DNA of 26,748 bases from Candidatus Eiseniibacteriota bacterium (GTDB lineage Bacteria > Eisenbacteria > RBG-16-71-46): the NCBI GenBank assembly GCA_041483195.1, contig JBGPFC010000046.1:1-26748 (forward strand), written 5' to 3'. The position numbers and the translations under genes were made by a program. The notes beneath the pieces were generated by a model, which was not told the origin of the DNA, did no database searches, and was given only the letters and a program-made list of their open reading frames with translations. Of this stretch, positions 16,688 through 25,472 are shown piece after piece; within the stretch, counting starts at the first letter, position 1; every line of letters starts with the position of its first letter.

Positions 16688-17752
16688 TCACCGCCTCAGC
16701 CAGCGATCGAGCCACGCGTACGCCGCCTTCCGCGCGGGTTCTGAGAAGTGGTGATAGCCGCCGAAGTATTCAGCATCGAGTTTCGCGGACGCGTGCTGCA
16801 TGCGATAGGCCGCCGACGCCTCGGCCACGCACTCGCGCACCCCGCGCACGTCGTAGATCCCGTCTTTCTCGGCGGCGAGCACCAGCAGCGGACGCGGCGA
16901 GATCGCGGCGAGCACGTCCGCGAAGTCGAACGGCACGCGAGCCGGGTCGTTCCCGTAGCGCTCCGCGATCCGCGGCATGAACTGAGGCTGGCTCCACGCC
17001 GAGAGGTCGCCACCCGCGTAGCGCCTCAGGCTGGTGAAGCCGCAGTTGGTCACGACCACGCGCACCCGCGGATCGAACGCGGCGAGCAGCAACGCGTCGC
17101 AGCCCCCCAGCGAATGGCCGAGCGCGCCGATGCGGCGCGGGTCCACCTCGGGGCGGGATTCGAGCAGGTCCACCGCGCGGATCCGATTCCACACGCCCTT
17201 CATGGTGGTGCTCGCGTAGCCCAGCGCGCGCGGGTCCACCCGGTACTCGCCGAAGTTTGGATCGTCGATCGCGAGCGTCACGTAGCCGCGCTCGGCCAGC
17301 TCGGCGGCGTAGTCCATGTCGGGCGAGCCGCCGGCACCGGCCGCCTCCGCCATGCCGAGCGGCGTGGCCTGGTGGAGACAGAGCACCGCGGGCGCGCGGC
17401 CGCTTCGCGCCCGCGGGACGAGCAGCATTCCCGGGACGCGATCGCCGGGCTCCGCCGCGAACGTGAGCGTGGCGCGCGTGAACCGCGCGAGCGTGTCGAT
17501 TCGAGCCACGATCACGTCGAGCGGCACGCGGCGCGACGAGTCGGGCAGCTCCCCCATCACGTCCTGGAGGTTCGCGAGCACCCGCGCGCGGTAGGCGCGG
17601 AGGTCGGCGCGCCGTGCGGGCAGCGGCGGGCGGGCGGAGCCTTCCCCGCCCGCGGCGGCCCGCACGGCGTCGCCCGCCGCGAGCGCGCCGAGCGAGAACA
17701 TCACGAGCGCGCACGCGATCGCACCCGCGCCACCCTTCGTGCACCCGCTCAT
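16688..17752 (-). CDS. Secreted alpha/beta hydrolase (dienelactone hydrolase/carbohydrate esterase-like), 354 aa
   Basis: GGAGGG upstream of ATG 17752 and a hydrophobic N-terminus. Motifs PAVLCLH, LAERGYV and the nucleophile elbow GHSLGG, with Asp (EKD) and His (YHHF) completing a likely triad. Confidence 0.85.
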   Translation of the reverse strand: MSGCTKGGAGAIACALVMFSLGALAAGDAVRAAAGGEGSARPPLPARRADLRAYRARVLANLQDVMGELPDSSRRVPLDVIVARIDTLARFTRATLTFAAEPGDRVPGMLLVPRARSGRAPAVLCLHQATPLGMAEAAGAGGSPDMDYAAELAERGYVTLAIDDPNFGEYRVDPRALGYASTTMKGVWNRIRAVDLLESRPEVDPRRIGALGHSLGGCDALLLAAFDPRVRVVVTNCGFTSLRRYAGGDLSAWSQPQFMPRIAERYGNDPARVPFDFADVLAAISPRPLLVLAAEKDGIYDVRGVRECVAEASAAYRMQHASAKLDAEYFGGYHHFSEPARKAAYAWLDRWLRR

Positions 17753-18126
17753 CGAATCCGCACCCTCCCACCTCGTCGTCACTCGATCGCCCGGCCGAAC
17801 CCGTTGCGCCGCCCGGCGCGCGGCCCGGCGAGCCGCGGATTTCACCGTTCCCGGCCGCGCGGTCATGGTTCTATCACGAATCTGCAAAAAGCTCGCGATA
17901 CTCCGACCCGATCGGAGCGGTCCGGTGTTTAATCCACGCGACGGGGATTCCGCTGGCGCTCTACGCCAGCCATGTCGTGGGACCGGCACGGCATGGACGG
18001 GCGGCCATCGAATCCCCGGGCCGCGAGTCCGATCCGCTCCCCATCCACAGTCTCACGCGTTCTCTGCCGCGCCATCCCGGGCTCATGCCCGGGATGGCGC
18101 CGGCGGGAAGGGAAGGAACAATCGCC

Positions 18127-18999
18127 ATGCGCAGACCCGTCCGACTGGCCCTGGCCGCCCTCGTCGTCCTCCTGCTCGGGAGCACAGCTGTGCTCTTCCA
18201 GAAGTACCGGAAGACCGCTGCGGACTTCACGGACATGAAAGCGGCCGAGCAGAGCGCGAGGTCTCAGTACGCTGAGGCCTTCAGCTCGATCGCCGAGATC
18301 CAGGACAGCCTGAACGCGATCTCGACCGGAGACACGACCGTGCGGCTCACGCCCGAGGGGCTCGAGAAGGAGCAGGAGCTGACCGGACCGAATCGCCGCG
18401 AGGCGCTGGACCGCATCGCCCTGCTCAACGCGAGCATTCAACGCACGAAGCAGCGGATCGGCGAGCTGGAATCGAGCCTCCGGCACGGCGGCATCCGGAT
18501 CGCGGGGCTCGAGCGGATGGTCGTCCAGCTCAAGCGGTCGGTCGCGGAGAAGGAGGCGGCGGCCAGCCTGCTCGCGAGCCGCGTGGATTCGCTGCAGACG
18601 CAGGTGGCGGGATTGGAGAGCACGGTCGAGCTGGATCGCGACGCGCTGGCCGCGAAGGATCAGACGATCGAGGACAAGCAGCGTGAGCTGGGGACGATTT
18701 ATTTCATCGTCGGCACCAAGAAGGAGCTTTCCAGCTCGGGCGTCATCGTGGCGAAGGGCGGGGTGCTCGGCCTCGGCAAGACCCTGCTGCTCTCGGGGCG
18801 CTTCGACGAACATCTCTTCACAGCGCTCGACACCGACGAGGAGACGGTGGTGCGAGCGCCCGCGCCCAGGGTTCAGGTGCTCAGCCCGCAGCCGCTCTCG
18901 AGCTACGAGCTGCGAACCGCGGGCAATCGGGTCGAACTGCACATCCTCGACCCGAAGGAATTCCGGAAGGTCAAGCACCTCGTAATCATGACGACGTAA
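18127..18999 (+). CDS. Membrane-anchored coiled-coil protein with conserved C-terminal domain (resembles Bacteroidota Cbp1-like proteins), 290 aa
   Basis: GGAAGGA before ATG 18127. N-terminal TM and long heptad region, then YFIVGTKKEL..GVI..GG..P..SYEL..LHILDPKEF..LVI. The family name is from recollection. Confidence 0.7.
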   Translation: MRRPVRLALAALVVLLLGSTAVLFQKYRKTAADFTDMKAAEQSARSQYAEAFSSIAEIQDSLNAISTGDTTVRLTPEGLEKEQELTGPNRREALDRIALLNASIQRTKQRIGELESSLRHGGIRIAGLERMVVQLKRSVAEKEAAASLLASRVDSLQTQVAGLESTVELDRDALAAKDQTIEDKQRELGTIYFIVGTKKELSSSGVIVAKGGVLGLGKTLLLSGRFDEHLFTALDTDEETVVRAPAPRVQVLSPQPLSSYELRTAGNRVELHILDPKEFRKVKHLVIMTT

Positions 19000-19032
19000 G
19001 CGGGAGCGCTCGACGTCGCCGGGCGCGCCGCG

Positions 19033-19743
19033 CTACTCGGCCGCTCCGGCGCGAACCGCGCCGTCGAGCGCGAACCGCTGGTTGTCGTGCAGCTCTCCGG
19101 CTCGCCGGTGCAAGGCCTCGAGCGCGAGCACGCCCGCCGCGCGACCGGCGTCGCTCCATGGGAATTCGGAGAAGTCGAGCCGAACGGGCGTGAGCCCTTC
19201 CGCCGCCGCCCGGGGCGCGAGCGGAAACGCGACGGCGGCCCGCTCCGTCCCGGGCGATGAATCACCCGGCGACGACCGGGGCGGGATGACGGTGATCACG
19301 AGATTCATGCCGCGCGCGGCCCGCCGTTTGGGGTCCGATCGGGAGACCTTGTCCGGGTGCCAGCTCCTGCCGCCATCGTTCGTCTTCAGTCCCTTGCCGC
19401 TGACCTTGAGATAGGGCGGCAATCCCACCACGACCTCCAGCGTCCACGCGTCGGCGCTCGAGTCGCCTTCCACCAGGCTGAAACTGTTCTGGAGCGACGA
19501 GTCCTCGCCCGCGCGCTCGGGCGCCCGCCGCTCGAGAGCGAACTCGGAAGCTGCGAAGGCTTCGTCGAAGGCCGCGAGGAATTCCGCCCGCTGCAGCGAA
19601 TCGGCGTTCACGCCATCGAGCGCGCCGATCTGGACCGTGTGCGGCGCGGCGAGCGCGGTCGAGGCCGAAAGGGCGGCGAGCAGCGCGACCGCGGCCGCGA
19701 AGGCTCTCGCGCGGTCGCGCGATCGCCGCGGCATCTGCATCAT
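19033..19743 (-). CDS. Hypothetical secreted protein (about 236 aa)
   Basis: GGAGGG RBS before ATG 19743 and a signal peptide ending ASTALA-A. An alternative GTG at 19761 overlaps the upstream stop. Confidence 0.7.
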   Translation of the reverse strand: MMQMPRRSRDRARAFAAAVALLAALSASTALAAPHTVQIGALDGVNADSLQRAEFLAAFDEAFAASEFALERRAPERAGEDSSLQNSFSLVEGDSSADAWTLEVVVGLPPYLKVSGKGLKTNDGGRSWHPDKVSRSDPKRRAARGMNLVITVIPPRSSPGDSSPGTERAAVAFPLAPRAAAEGLTPVRLDFSEFPWSDAGRAAGVLALEALHRRAGELHDNQRFALDGAVRAGAAE

Positions 19744-19757
19744 GTTCCCCTCCATGG

Positions 19758-21365
19758 TCACGGGCCGCGGCTCTCACCCCGAACGTACCCACGCGAGTCT
19801 ACCACCGGCAGCGCGCCGAGCTTCATCTCCCCCGGCTGAAGCACTCGAAACATCGCGAGGCTCGACCCGCGCGCATCCGCGCCGGCGTAGATCATCTCGA
19901 GCCGCGGCTCGCGCTGGCGGAACGACGCGTCCACGAGCAGCGGCAGGAGCTGCGGCCGCATCTGGCGCGCCATCCACTCCGGGACCACCAGGTAGCGCAC
20001 GCGATCCCTCACCGCGCCCGCGACGATCGCGTCGTACGGGTCGTCGGGGATGATGCGGTGCGTTCGCCGCGCGTAAAACGCCACGAACGGCTTGCGATCC
20101 ATCACGACCGCCTCCGGCTCCGCGACGCCCTCGAGCCATTGCCCCGCGCGGCGCTCGGTGACGAGCGAGCCGTCGAACGCCATCACGAACGATTCCATGT
20201 GCGCCCAAGCGCATGCGATCGCTCCCCCGCTCCACAGCACCACCGCCAGCGCGCGCCCGATCCGATGCCGGCGCGTGAGCGGGACCACCGCGAGGATCGT
20301 GAGCGCGGGAATCGCCGCCAGCGCGAAGCGCGGATGCGCCGCGAGGCCCAGCAGCGGCAAGGCCGGCAGCACGAGCAGCGCGAGTGATTCGATGCCCCGC
20401 CGCACCGCGAGCCCCCAGAGCGAGAGCAGGAGCAGCGGCCACGGCCACAGCATGAGCAGGGCGCGGCCGTGCTTGAGCGCGTTGGCCGGCGCGTCCCGCA
20501 GCATCTCGGCGCCGTGGGCGCGCGCGCGCCGGATGGGATCGAATCGATCCGCCCCCGCCTCCGGGGCGACGCCGGCGTGCGGCTCGGCGGCGCGCCAATC
20601 CTGCGTGGGAGCGTGCAGCGTGCTCACCTTCGGCGTCAGAGTCCACACGCCCTGCGTGTGATGGAAGTAGATCCAGCAGGGAACCGCGATCAGGACGAAT
20701 CCCAGCGCCCCGGCGAGCAGCGCGATCCGCCCGCGGCGATCGAGGAACGCGCCGCGAACCCCGCCCACGCCCAGCGCGCCCGCGACCAGCAGCGCCTCGG
20801 GGCGGATCGCGTACGCCGCGCCGACCGCGAGCCCCGACGGCAGCGGCCGGCCGGTGGCGACCAGCAGCAGGCCGAGGTAGAGCGCGATCAGGTAAGCGGA
20901 CTCGGTCATGCTGAGCGCCGAGAACCGCGACAGCTCCGGATGAAGCGCGACCGCGAGCGCCGCGCACAGCGCCCAGCGCTCCCCCACCGCGCGCCGGGCG
21001 AGCAGCCACACCACGAGCGGCAGCGTCACGCCGCACAGGATGGACACCGCAACCGCGGCGCCGAGCCGGTCCGCGACGATCAGGCGCGCGAGCGCGACCA
21101 GCACCGGATACCCGGGCGGAAATACCGAGACGAACGCCTTGCCCGCGAGCAGCGACTCGGCGAAGCGGATGTACTCCGTGCCATCGAACGTGACGAAGGG
21201 CTGGAAGCGAAGCGCCCAGAGCCGCATCGCGACCCCCGCCGCGAGAATGGCGGCGAGCGCGATGGCGGTGGAGCGGGAGGTGTGCGGCCTGCACGCCGGG
21301 CTCTGTCCCGCTGCGGGGCGCGAGCGACGGGCACGATCCGGCCGGACTTCTCGCGAGTGCCTCAT
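19758..21365 (-). CDS. ArnT/PMT-like (GT-C) membrane glycosyltransferase
   Basis: Motifs FDGTEYIRFAESL..FPPGYP, MTES, YAIRPE and PRF; multiple TM helices and a soluble C-terminal domain. The start is uncertain. Confidence 0.82.
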   Translation of the reverse strand: MRHSREVRPDRARRSRPAAGQSPACRPHTSRSTAIALAAILAAGVAMRLWALRFQPFVTFDGTEYIRFAESLLAGKAFVSVFPPGYPVLVALARLIVADRLGAAVAVSILCGVTLPLVVWLLARRAVGERWALCAALAVALHPELSRFSALSMTESAYLIALYLGLLLVATGRPLPSGLAVGAAYAIRPEALLVAGALGVGGVRGAFLDRRGRIALLAGALGFVLIAVPCWIYFHHTQGVWTLTPKVSTLHAPTQDWRAAEPHAGVAPEAGADRFDPIRRARAHGAEMLRDAPANALKHGRALLMLWPWPLLLLSLWGLAVRRGIESLALLVLPALPLLGLAAHPRFALAAIPALTILAVVPLTRRHRIGRALAVVLWSGGAIACAWAHMESFVMAFDGSLVTERRAGQWLEGVAEPEAVVMDRKPFVAFYARRTHRIIPDDPYDAIVAGAVRDRVRYLVVPEWMARQMRPQLLPLLVDASFRQREPRLEMIYAGADARGSSLAMFRVLQPGEMKLGALPVVDSRGYVRGESRGP

Positions 21366-21468
21366 GGCGGTGGGTCGGCCTCCACACACGCTGAGTTCCG
21401 CTCAGGAGCTTCCTACATGTCGCACGGATGGCGGAGGGCCTCGAAGGCCGCGCGAACGCGTCGAGAAG

Positions 21469-21492
21469 GCTAGCACAGCGCCGTGCTAGCAT
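21469..21492. promoter_or_regulatory. Palindrome forming two overlapping divergent extended -10 elements
   Basis: GCTAGCAC-AGCGCC-GTGCTAGC. Plus strand gives TGC-TAGCAT and minus strand gives TGC-TAGCCT, between divergent genes. Confidence 0.5.
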
Positions 21493-21564
21493 GCGCTCCC
21501 CCGCGCGTGCCGAGGCGCCCGGCCGGCGAGGGAGGGAATCAACGCGCGCCGCCGGAGACGCACC

Positions 21565-23445
21565 ATGAGCCCGAACCTACGACGCACGCCGATCGCCCTC
21601 GCCCTCCTGCTCTCGCTGGCCGCCGGCGCGCACGCGACCGAACGCTCGCAGGTCCCGCGCCCGTACACGTGGGATCTCACCGCGCTCTATCCATCGGAGG
21701 CGGCGTGGACGAAGGCGAAGGACGATCTCGCGCGCCGCGTGCCCAGGATGGAGGGCTGGAAGGGTCATCTCGGGGCTTCAGCGGACAGCCTCTACGCCGC
21801 GCTCTCCACCACGATGGACCTCGACCGCGACCTGGCGCGGCTCGGCACCTACGCCAGTCAGCTGAACGACGAGGACACGCGCGTCAGCCGTCATCTCGAA
21901 ATGCGCGACGCAGCGGAGCGTCTGGGCGTGCAGTTCCACTCGGCCTCGTCCTACGTGCGTCCCGAGATTCTCGCGATCGGACCGGAGCGGGTGCGGGGCT
22001 TCATCGCATCCGACCCGCGGCTGAAGGACTACCGGCAGTTCCTCGAGAACATCCTGCGCGCCGCCGCCCACACGCGCGGCGCCGATGAAGAGAACATCGC
22101 GGCGCAGGCGGGCCGCATGGAGAACGCGGGCGGCACCATTCGCGACATCTTCAACAACGCCGAGCTCCCGTGGCCCACCGTCAGGCTCTCGACCGGGGAT
22201 TCGGTCCGGCTCGACGACGCGGCCTACACCCAGTATCGCCAGTCGGCGGTGCGGGCCGATCGCGACACCGTGTTCCGCGAGTTCTGGCACGCCCATCGGG
22301 ACTTCGAGGGCACGTTCGGCGCGGCGCTCAACGCGCAGGTGCAGGCGCACATCTTCGATCGCGACGTTCACCACTTCACGAGCTGCCTCGAGGCCGCGCA
22401 GTTCGGCGACAACATCCCGACCCGCGTCTACACCCGTCTGCTCGACGACGTGCACGCCAACCTGCCGACGCTCCATCGCTACCTGCGGCTGCGCCTGCGC
22501 ATGCTGGGGCTCAAGTCGATGCGCTACGAGGATCTCTACTGCCCGATCGTGAAGGACGTAAGTCTGAAATTCACGCCCGAGGAGGCGATGGATCTCACGC
22601 TCCAGGCGGTCGCCCCGCTCGGCGAGGCCTACGTGGACACGCTGCGCCACGGGTTCGCGTCGCGCTGGATCGACTGGATGCCCACCACCGGTAAGGCGTC
22701 GGGCGCCTACAGCACCGGGGCGTACGGCGTTCACCCGTACCAGCTGCAGAACTTCACGGGGCAATACGACGAGGTGGGGACGCTCGCGCACGAGTCCGGT
22801 CACTCGATGCACACCTACCTCGCGGACCGCCACCAGCCCTACGTGAGCCACGACTACGCGACGTTCGTCGCGGAGGTCGCCTCGACGCTGAACGAGAATC
22901 TGCTGTTCCACCTGATGCTCGACCGCACGAAGGACAAACAGGCGCGGCTCTACATCCTCGGGAGCTATCTCGACAACCTGCGCGGCACGCTGTTCCGGCA
23001 GGCGATGCTCGCGGAGTTCGAGCTGCGCATCCACGAGCGGGCGGAGCGGGGCGAGAGCCTGAGCGGCGAGAGCATGTCGAAGCTCTACCTCGACATGGTG
23101 CGCACCTATTACGGTCACGCGCAGGGCGTGTGCAAGGTGGACGCGCTGTACGGCGTGGAGTGGACCTACATCCCGCACTTCTTCTACGACTTCTACGTGT
23201 ACCAGTACGCGACCAGCGTCGTCGCCTCGACCGCGCTCGCGAACGGCATCCGCGACGAGGCGGCGCTCGGCAAGGGCGCCGCGAGGCGCGACGCGTATCT
23301 GCAGATGCTCGCCTCCGGCTCGTCGCGTTATCCGATCGACCTGCTCAAGAACGCGGGCGTGGACATGACCACCTCCGCCCCCTTCCGCGCCGCGATTCGC
23401 GAGATGAACGCGGTGATGGACGAGATCGACAGGCTGCTGCGATAG
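21565..23445 (+). CDS. pepF: Oligoendopeptidase F (peptidase M3B) with N-terminal signal peptide
   Basis: Motifs YTWDL, GKASGAYS, HPY, TLAHESGHSMH (HEXXH), FVAEVAST.NE, LFRQ..AEFE, IPHF..FYVYQYAT and LLKNAGVDM. Confidence 0.95.
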   Translation: MSPNLRRTPIALALLLSLAAGAHATERSQVPRPYTWDLTALYPSEAAWTKAKDDLARRVPRMEGWKGHLGASADSLYAALSTTMDLDRDLARLGTYASQLNDEDTRVSRHLEMRDAAERLGVQFHSASSYVRPEILAIGPERVRGFIASDPRLKDYRQFLENILRAAAHTRGADEENIAAQAGRMENAGGTIRDIFNNAELPWPTVRLSTGDSVRLDDAAYTQYRQSAVRADRDTVFREFWHAHRDFEGTFGAALNAQVQAHIFDRDVHHFTSCLEAAQFGDNIPTRVYTRLLDDVHANLPTLHRYLRLRLRMLGLKSMRYEDLYCPIVKDVSLKFTPEEAMDLTLQAVAPLGEAYVDTLRHGFASRWIDWMPTTGKASGAYSTGAYGVHPYQLQNFTGQYDEVGTLAHESGHSMHTYLADRHQPYVSHDYATFVAEVASTLNENLLFHLMLDRTKDKQARLYILGSYLDNLRGTLFRQAMLAEFELRIHERAERGESLSGESMSKLYLDMVRTYYGHAQGVCKVDALYGVEWTYIPHFFYDFYVYQYATSVVASTALANGIRDEAALGKGAARRDAYLQMLASGSSRYPIDLLKNAGVDMTTSAPFRAAIREMNAVMDEIDRLLR

Positions 23446-23495
23446 CAAGAAGGCTCGAGGGCGGCGCGGAGGGCCGCGGGCTCAGCGCTCGCGCC

Positions 23496-24035
23496 TCACA
23501 TCCGGCGAATCACCTCGTAGCGGTGCGGATCGTCGACGAAGCGGGCCTTGGTGGTATCGTTCTCGAAGTAATAGGGGCCGCCGATCCAGTAGGCCGCGGG
23601 CGAGCGCGAGGTGGGCATGAAGCGATGGCCGGTGACGGGATCGCGCACCATGCCGCACCAGAGCAGCGGCGCCTTCATGAAGCGCTCCAGCGTGCGGCGG
23701 CTCGCGAACCGGTAGACCTCGCCGTTCACGTGGAAGAGCAATTCGGGGAGCAGCGAGCCGAGCCGCGTCGGCTCGACCGGATCCCACAGCGAGCGCTTGA
23801 TCGAATAGAGCCCCCATTCGGGATCCACGACCGGTCCCAACGGGACCGTGGGCACCGCTCAGGAGAATCCGCTCAGCGATCCGAGGCCGAGCGTGTCGGG
23901 CGGGGGTGCGGAGGCGACCGCCGCGGCGAGCGTCGCATCCGCACCGGAGACCGCGGCGCCCGCTCCGGGGAGCGGCGCGCCCGCCCCGGCCGGCCCGGTG
24001 ACGGCCATCGTCGCGATGCAGAGCAGGATGGTCAT
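23496..24035 (-). CDS. Tandem YHS-like domain protein, candidate selenoprotein (179 aa with UGA at codon 59)
   Basis: ATG 24035 (GAGG upstream) is in frame with track ORF 23496..23855, and the only interruption is TGA at 23861-23859. Two YHS-like units: WDPV..VNGEVYRFASRRTLERFMKAPLLW and RDPVTG..WIGGPYYFENDTTKARFVDDPHRY. Confidence 0.7.
23825..23861 (-). promoter_or_regulatory. Putative bacterial SECIS element with its UGA
   Basis: mRNA reads UGA GCGGUGCCCAC GGUCCC GUU GGGACC GGUC GUGG. A perfect 6-7 bp stem starts 11 nt after the UGA, the loop begins GU, and a lower CCAC/GUGG pairing is possible. Confidence 0.6.
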
Positions 24036-24053
24036 GGCCTCGGGGCCCCGCGC

Positions 24054-24989
24054 TCAGCGCCGCGCCGGGCGGCTCCATCCCGCGCGCGGATCGGGCAGCG
24101 GCGTGAGCCGCTTCTCGATCTCGGCGCGCTGCGGCTCGAACCGCGGCGGGAGGATGATGCGCGTGCCGAGCATCTCGACCGGCGAGTCCACGACGAACCC
24201 CGGTCCATCGTCCGCGATCTCGAACAGCACGCCGCTCGGCTCGCGGAAGTAGATCGAGTGGAAGTAGTGCCGGTCGATCACCGGCGTGGAGCTCACGCGA
24301 TGTTCGTGCAATCGTTCGAGCCACCGCGGGTGATCGCGAACCGTGGTGCCCCACGCGACGTGATGCACGGTGCCCGCGCCCGGAAATCCGCGCTCGGGCG
24401 GCCCGGCCTCGTACGCGATGACCCCGCCGCGCCGCGCGCCGCGCAGCTCCCACGCGAATTCCGAGACCGCTCGCGCCCCGAGGACGTTCTCGAGCAGCGC
24501 GCGGCTGCGCTCCGGGCTCAAGCTGAAGGCGCGCACCGCGTCGAAGCCCTGGAGCGCGAGCGCACTCGGAATCTCCGGATGCTCCGCGATCAGCGGCGCG
24601 TCGTTCGCCGCGCTCACCAGGATCGCGTGCCGCAGCCCCTCGGGATCCGCGAAACGCAGCTCGGCGCCCGCGCGCTGGGCGGCCACCTTCTCGGACGCCA
24701 GCCGCCGCTCCCAGAACGCAACCGCCTCCTCGGAGCCGACCCGCCACGCGATGGTGTGCACCATGCCCGCGCCGGCCCGGCCCGGACGGGCGCCGGGGTA
24801 TTCGAAGAAGGTGATGTCCGCGCCCGGATCCCCGGCCTCGTCGGAGTAGAAGAGGTGGTACACGGAGGGATCGTCCTGATTCACGCTCTTCGCCACCAGC
24901 CGCAGGCCCAGCACGCGCGTGTAGAAATCCACGTTGAGCCGCGCGTCGCCGGTGATGCAGGTCACGTGGTGAATGCCTTCGAGCCGCAT
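24054..24989 (-). CDS. Ring-cleaving dioxygenase, two-domain VOC (MhqA/MhqO/PcpA-like), 311 aa
   Basis: Motifs GIHHVT, FYTRVLGLRLV..VNQDDP..YHLFY, ITFFEY, GTVHHVAW and DRHYFHSIYFREPSGVLFEIA..PGF. Confidence 0.93.
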   Translation of the reverse strand: MRLEGIHHVTCITGDARLNVDFYTRVLGLRLVAKSVNQDDPSVYHLFYSDEAGDPGADITFFEYPGARPGRAGAGMVHTIAWRVGSEEAVAFWERRLASEKVAAQRAGAELRFADPEGLRHAILVSAANDAPLIAEHPEIPSALALQGFDAVRAFSLSPERSRALLENVLGARAVSEFAWELRGARRGGVIAYEAGPPERGFPGAGTVHHVAWGTTVRDHPRWLERLHEHRVSSTPVIDRHYFHSIYFREPSGVLFEIADDGPGFVVDSPVEMLGTRIILPPRFEPQRAEIEKRLTPLPDPRAGWSRPARR

Positions 24990-25036
24990 GGTCGGAATCT
25001 CCGCGCCCACGATGTGCGACACGCCGCCCGCGTGCT

Positions 25037-25276
25037 TCAGCGGGTCGCGCCCCCGTCGTCGGTGTCGTCCGTGCCTTCTCCGGCTCCAGCGGCATCGTCG
25101 CCCATCTCGGTGGGCTCGAGCAGCGCGTCGGTGCCGTCGCCCTCGCCGGGCTCGGTGAGGCCCAGGCTCTTCGCGTGCTTGCGTGCGCGGCGCACCTCGC
25201 GCTTCTCGTTCGCCCGGGCGATGCGCTGTTGTTCCTTCTGTCGCTTGAGGAATGACGGCCGCTTGCTTCCCGCCAT
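25037..25276 (-). CDS. Small protein with basic helical N-terminus and acidic disordered tail (79 aa)
   Basis: Strong AGGAGG RBS. SFLKRQKEQQRIARANEKREVRRARK is followed by an Asp/Glu/Gly-rich tail. Confidence 0.8.
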   Translation of the reverse strand: MAGSKRPSFLKRQKEQQRIARANEKREVRRARKHAKSLGLTEPGEGDGTDALLEPTEMGDDAAGAGEGTDDTDDGGATR

Positions 25277-25416
25277 GCTTGATGCCTCCTGTTCGGGGGA
25301 TTTGACGCGTGCGGGGGGCGGGCTGAGGCCCCCTCCGCCTGTCGGGCTGCATCATCGCAGACTCCGGCCTCCGGGGCACGTCCTACGTTCGCCCGATCGG
25401 GACGCGCCCGGCGGGG

Positions 25417-25425
25417 TGCTATGAT
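25417..25425 (+). promoter_or_regulatory. Extended -10 promoter element
   Basis: TGC-TATGAT about 50 nt upstream of ATG 25473. Confidence 0.5.
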
Positions 25426-25472
25426 CGCCGCGCTCTCGGCCGTCCCGATCGAACCGTCACGCGGAGGATCCC

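Noticed and set aside
21469..21490. CIRCE (HrcA) element
   Set aside because: It shares TAGCAC/GTGCTA, but the spacer is far shorter than in TTAGCACTC-N9-GAGTGCTAA and no chaperone gene is adjacent. The TAGCACTC near 9975 is only a half-site.
24036..24056. The dioxygenase stop UGA is also in frame with the YHS gene (possible second read-through or fusion)
   Set aside because: The dioxygenase domain is complete, there is no SECIS-like hairpin at the proper distance, and the downstream gene has its own RBS and hydrophobic N-terminus.
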